NCBI RefSeq assembly: GCF_038025025.1
Contig: NW_027117340.1
Coordinates: 1,054,001 to 1,118,000, forward strand
DNA from: Phyllosticta citribraziliensis
Taxonomy: Eukaryota
Length of the DNA: 64,000 nt
Direction of reading: 5' to 3'
This document shows, in pieces, positions 62,440 through 64,000 of this stretch. Made by a program: the position numbers and the translations under genes. The notes below the pieces were generated by a model. The model was not told the DNA's origin, ran no database searches, and worked only from the letters and a program-made list of their open reading frames with translations. Position 1 is the first letter of the stretch. Each line of letters starts with the position of its first letter.

Positions 62440-63630
62440 TCAAGCTGGGCTCGAGTTCTTCCTGCCGACCAGGCGCTGGAACCCTTTCGAAATGGACTCG
62501 CGCGCCGAGTCCATCCGCATCCTCAGCCTTCCACCCCTCTCGTCAGGTCCGTCTCCCTCGGCGACCGCGCTGCTCTCTTCCTCCTCCTCCTGGCCCCACG
62601 TGCGCAGGTCGAACACACTGTGCGGGCGTTCGACGAAATAGGCCTCGCGGCTCGGATCCCTGTGCGGACGCTGCTGGTCCATCTCGAAGCGCGCACCGTT
62701 GACCGCCTCGCGCGGGAGAGACCAAGTCGTAGCACGGTTGGTTTCAAGGTCCCTGAGCCATGTGGACGAGCCCGGATTCGAGATCAACGCCTTTGTTGCT
62801 GCACCGACGGGAAAGTACTGAGGCTTTGGCTCAGGGAAACAGAGGCTTGTTCTCGGCGAGCCGTCTGGCAGCGATGCTGAGGCTCCCGTGCTCGTCCCAG
62901 GAGGCGTCGCTTCGTTTGAAGTGTTCCAAGAGAAGGTGAGACCGAAGAAGGGGTTGAAGGGACGAAAGAAGAATGGGAAGCCATCAGCGGTAGGGGAAGA
63001 GCCGGAGCAAGGTTTGCCGTCGCGTGCACAGGCAGCAGCAGCCTTGGATGGCTGGCTTCGAGAACGGAGGCCTTGGTCGGAGATGTGGTCAAAGGGTACG
63101 TCTCGGTCGGCTGACTTGGGCCGGACTCGAGAGCGAGAGAATGGTTTGCGGACTTGCTCGAGCACAGCAACGCTGAACCGACGGTCTGCTTGGCGAGAGG
63201 CCTCGGTTTGCTCTTTGTTGGTGTCGAACAGCAGCGGACGTTGGCCTTCCCAGTCGTCTGTGGTGGCGGTGCGGCTCACCAGTGATATGGTGGACCGGCG
63301 GTAGGGGGTGGTGCTGTCAGGCTCGGTCTCCCCGCGTCTCAAGGAGGGCTTGTTGTCGCTGCTGGATTTCGGCCGACGAATCGCGTCGTCTCCGCTGATT
63401 GTGCTCCTCCTGACTGGGCACTTTGGCTTGGGCTCGTCTCTTGTTGGCTTCTTGCCCTCGCGGATCCTTCGCTTCTCCCACAGAGTGTACGGTGAGAACG
63501 AGTTGTTCTTTGGGTCGCGCTTCCATTTGATGGTATGCGGAGAGCCGGGGCGGAGGGGCGGCGGTTGGATTGCTGGTCTGGGTGGATCAAAGGGACCATA
63601 TTCTGGCTTCGGAAACGGGTCCTCGTCCAT
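62440..63630 (-). CDS. Hypothetical disordered Pro/Arg/Ser-rich protein
   Basis: 396-codon ORF with AAAAATGG start context; no family recognised. Confidence 0.55.
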   Translation of the reverse strand: MDEDPFPKPEYGPFDPPRPAIQPPPLRPGSPHTIKWKRDPKNNSFSPYTLWEKRRIREGKKPTRDEPKPKCPVRRSTISGDDAIRRPKSSSDNKPSLRRGETEPDSTTPYRRSTISLVSRTATTDDWEGQRPLLFDTNKEQTEASRQADRRFSVAVLEQVRKPFSRSRVRPKSADRDVPFDHISDQGLRSRSQPSKAAAACARDGKPCSGSSPTADGFPFFFRPFNPFFGLTFSWNTSNEATPPGTSTGASASLPDGSPRTSLCFPEPKPQYFPVGAATKALISNPGSSTWLRDLETNRATTWSLPREAVNGARFEMDQQRPHRDPSREAYFVERPHSVFDLRTWGQEEEEESSAVAEGDGPDERGGRLRMRMDSARESISKGFQRLVGRKNSSPA

Positions 63631-64000
63631 TTTTGCGTAGTTCCAAATGAACGGGCTGGCGTTGGGAAAGGAGTGTGAGATGGTTGATGGGAGTTGGCGA
63701 CAGCAGAGGTGGATAAAATAGTCCAGCGAGGGGCTCTTGAGCCTGCCCCGGAGCGCAAGCTAGGGGCATCGCGGTGGAAAAGAGGAAGTGACGGCCTAGC
63801 TATCTCGACATGTTCGGACTCAAATTAACACCACCAAAATCACTTGAGATGAGGAACTTGCAGACGATGAACAACAACCGATCGAGTACGCACGATACAA
63901 TGACATTGAATTGAGGGCCTTCTTGTGTTTCTACAGATTCTGTGCGCCTTCGGCCTGTTGCTCCAGGCGTTGCGGTGGTGGTTGAGGTTCCGGATTCTGT

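Noticed and set aside
61930..62880. 316-aa plus-strand ORF
   Set aside because: No motif or codon bias; it overlaps the 3' end and likely UTR of the minus-strand gene.

Overview
Gene-dense chromosomal segment of a filamentous ascomycete (Pezizomycotina; Dothideomycete-like by protein style, inferred only). It has short GT-AG introns with CTRAY branch points and several head-to-head gene pairs. I can support about 26 protein-coding loci. Most are housekeeping genes: Nop12 (partial), Dep1, Tel2, Uba3, Cdc1/PGAP5, an ANCHR-like B-box protein, L-amino-acid oxidase, a PPR-like protein, a TM RING-H2 ligase, cyclophilin H, a beta-flanking-like protein, Vta1, a PDI-family protein, DUF202, Hsp70 Ssb, Taf2, Sas4, a PX protein and a GPI cell-wall protein. 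No rRNA, tRNA, CRISPR array or transposon was recognised. The standout locus is 38049-43534 (minus). It is a ~1,810-codon frame broken by one in-frame TAG and punctuated by three ubiquitin-tail motifs (ILRGG|G, RLRGG|G, LRLRGG|G) with no recognisable ubiquitin fold. These motifs separate modules carrying a C2H2-like finger, a TPxxSP array, a Met/His/Asp octapeptide array and Zn2Cys6-like clusters, making it a candidate deubiquitinase-processed polyprotein. Also notable: a fungal ISG12/IFI27-like gene beside a 19-aa-repeat gene, a three-way-junction RNA structure in an SSB intron, triple MIM1 motifs in the ANCHR-like protein, two micro-exons and a GC-AG intron. All exon structures were derived by eye and no database searches were run.
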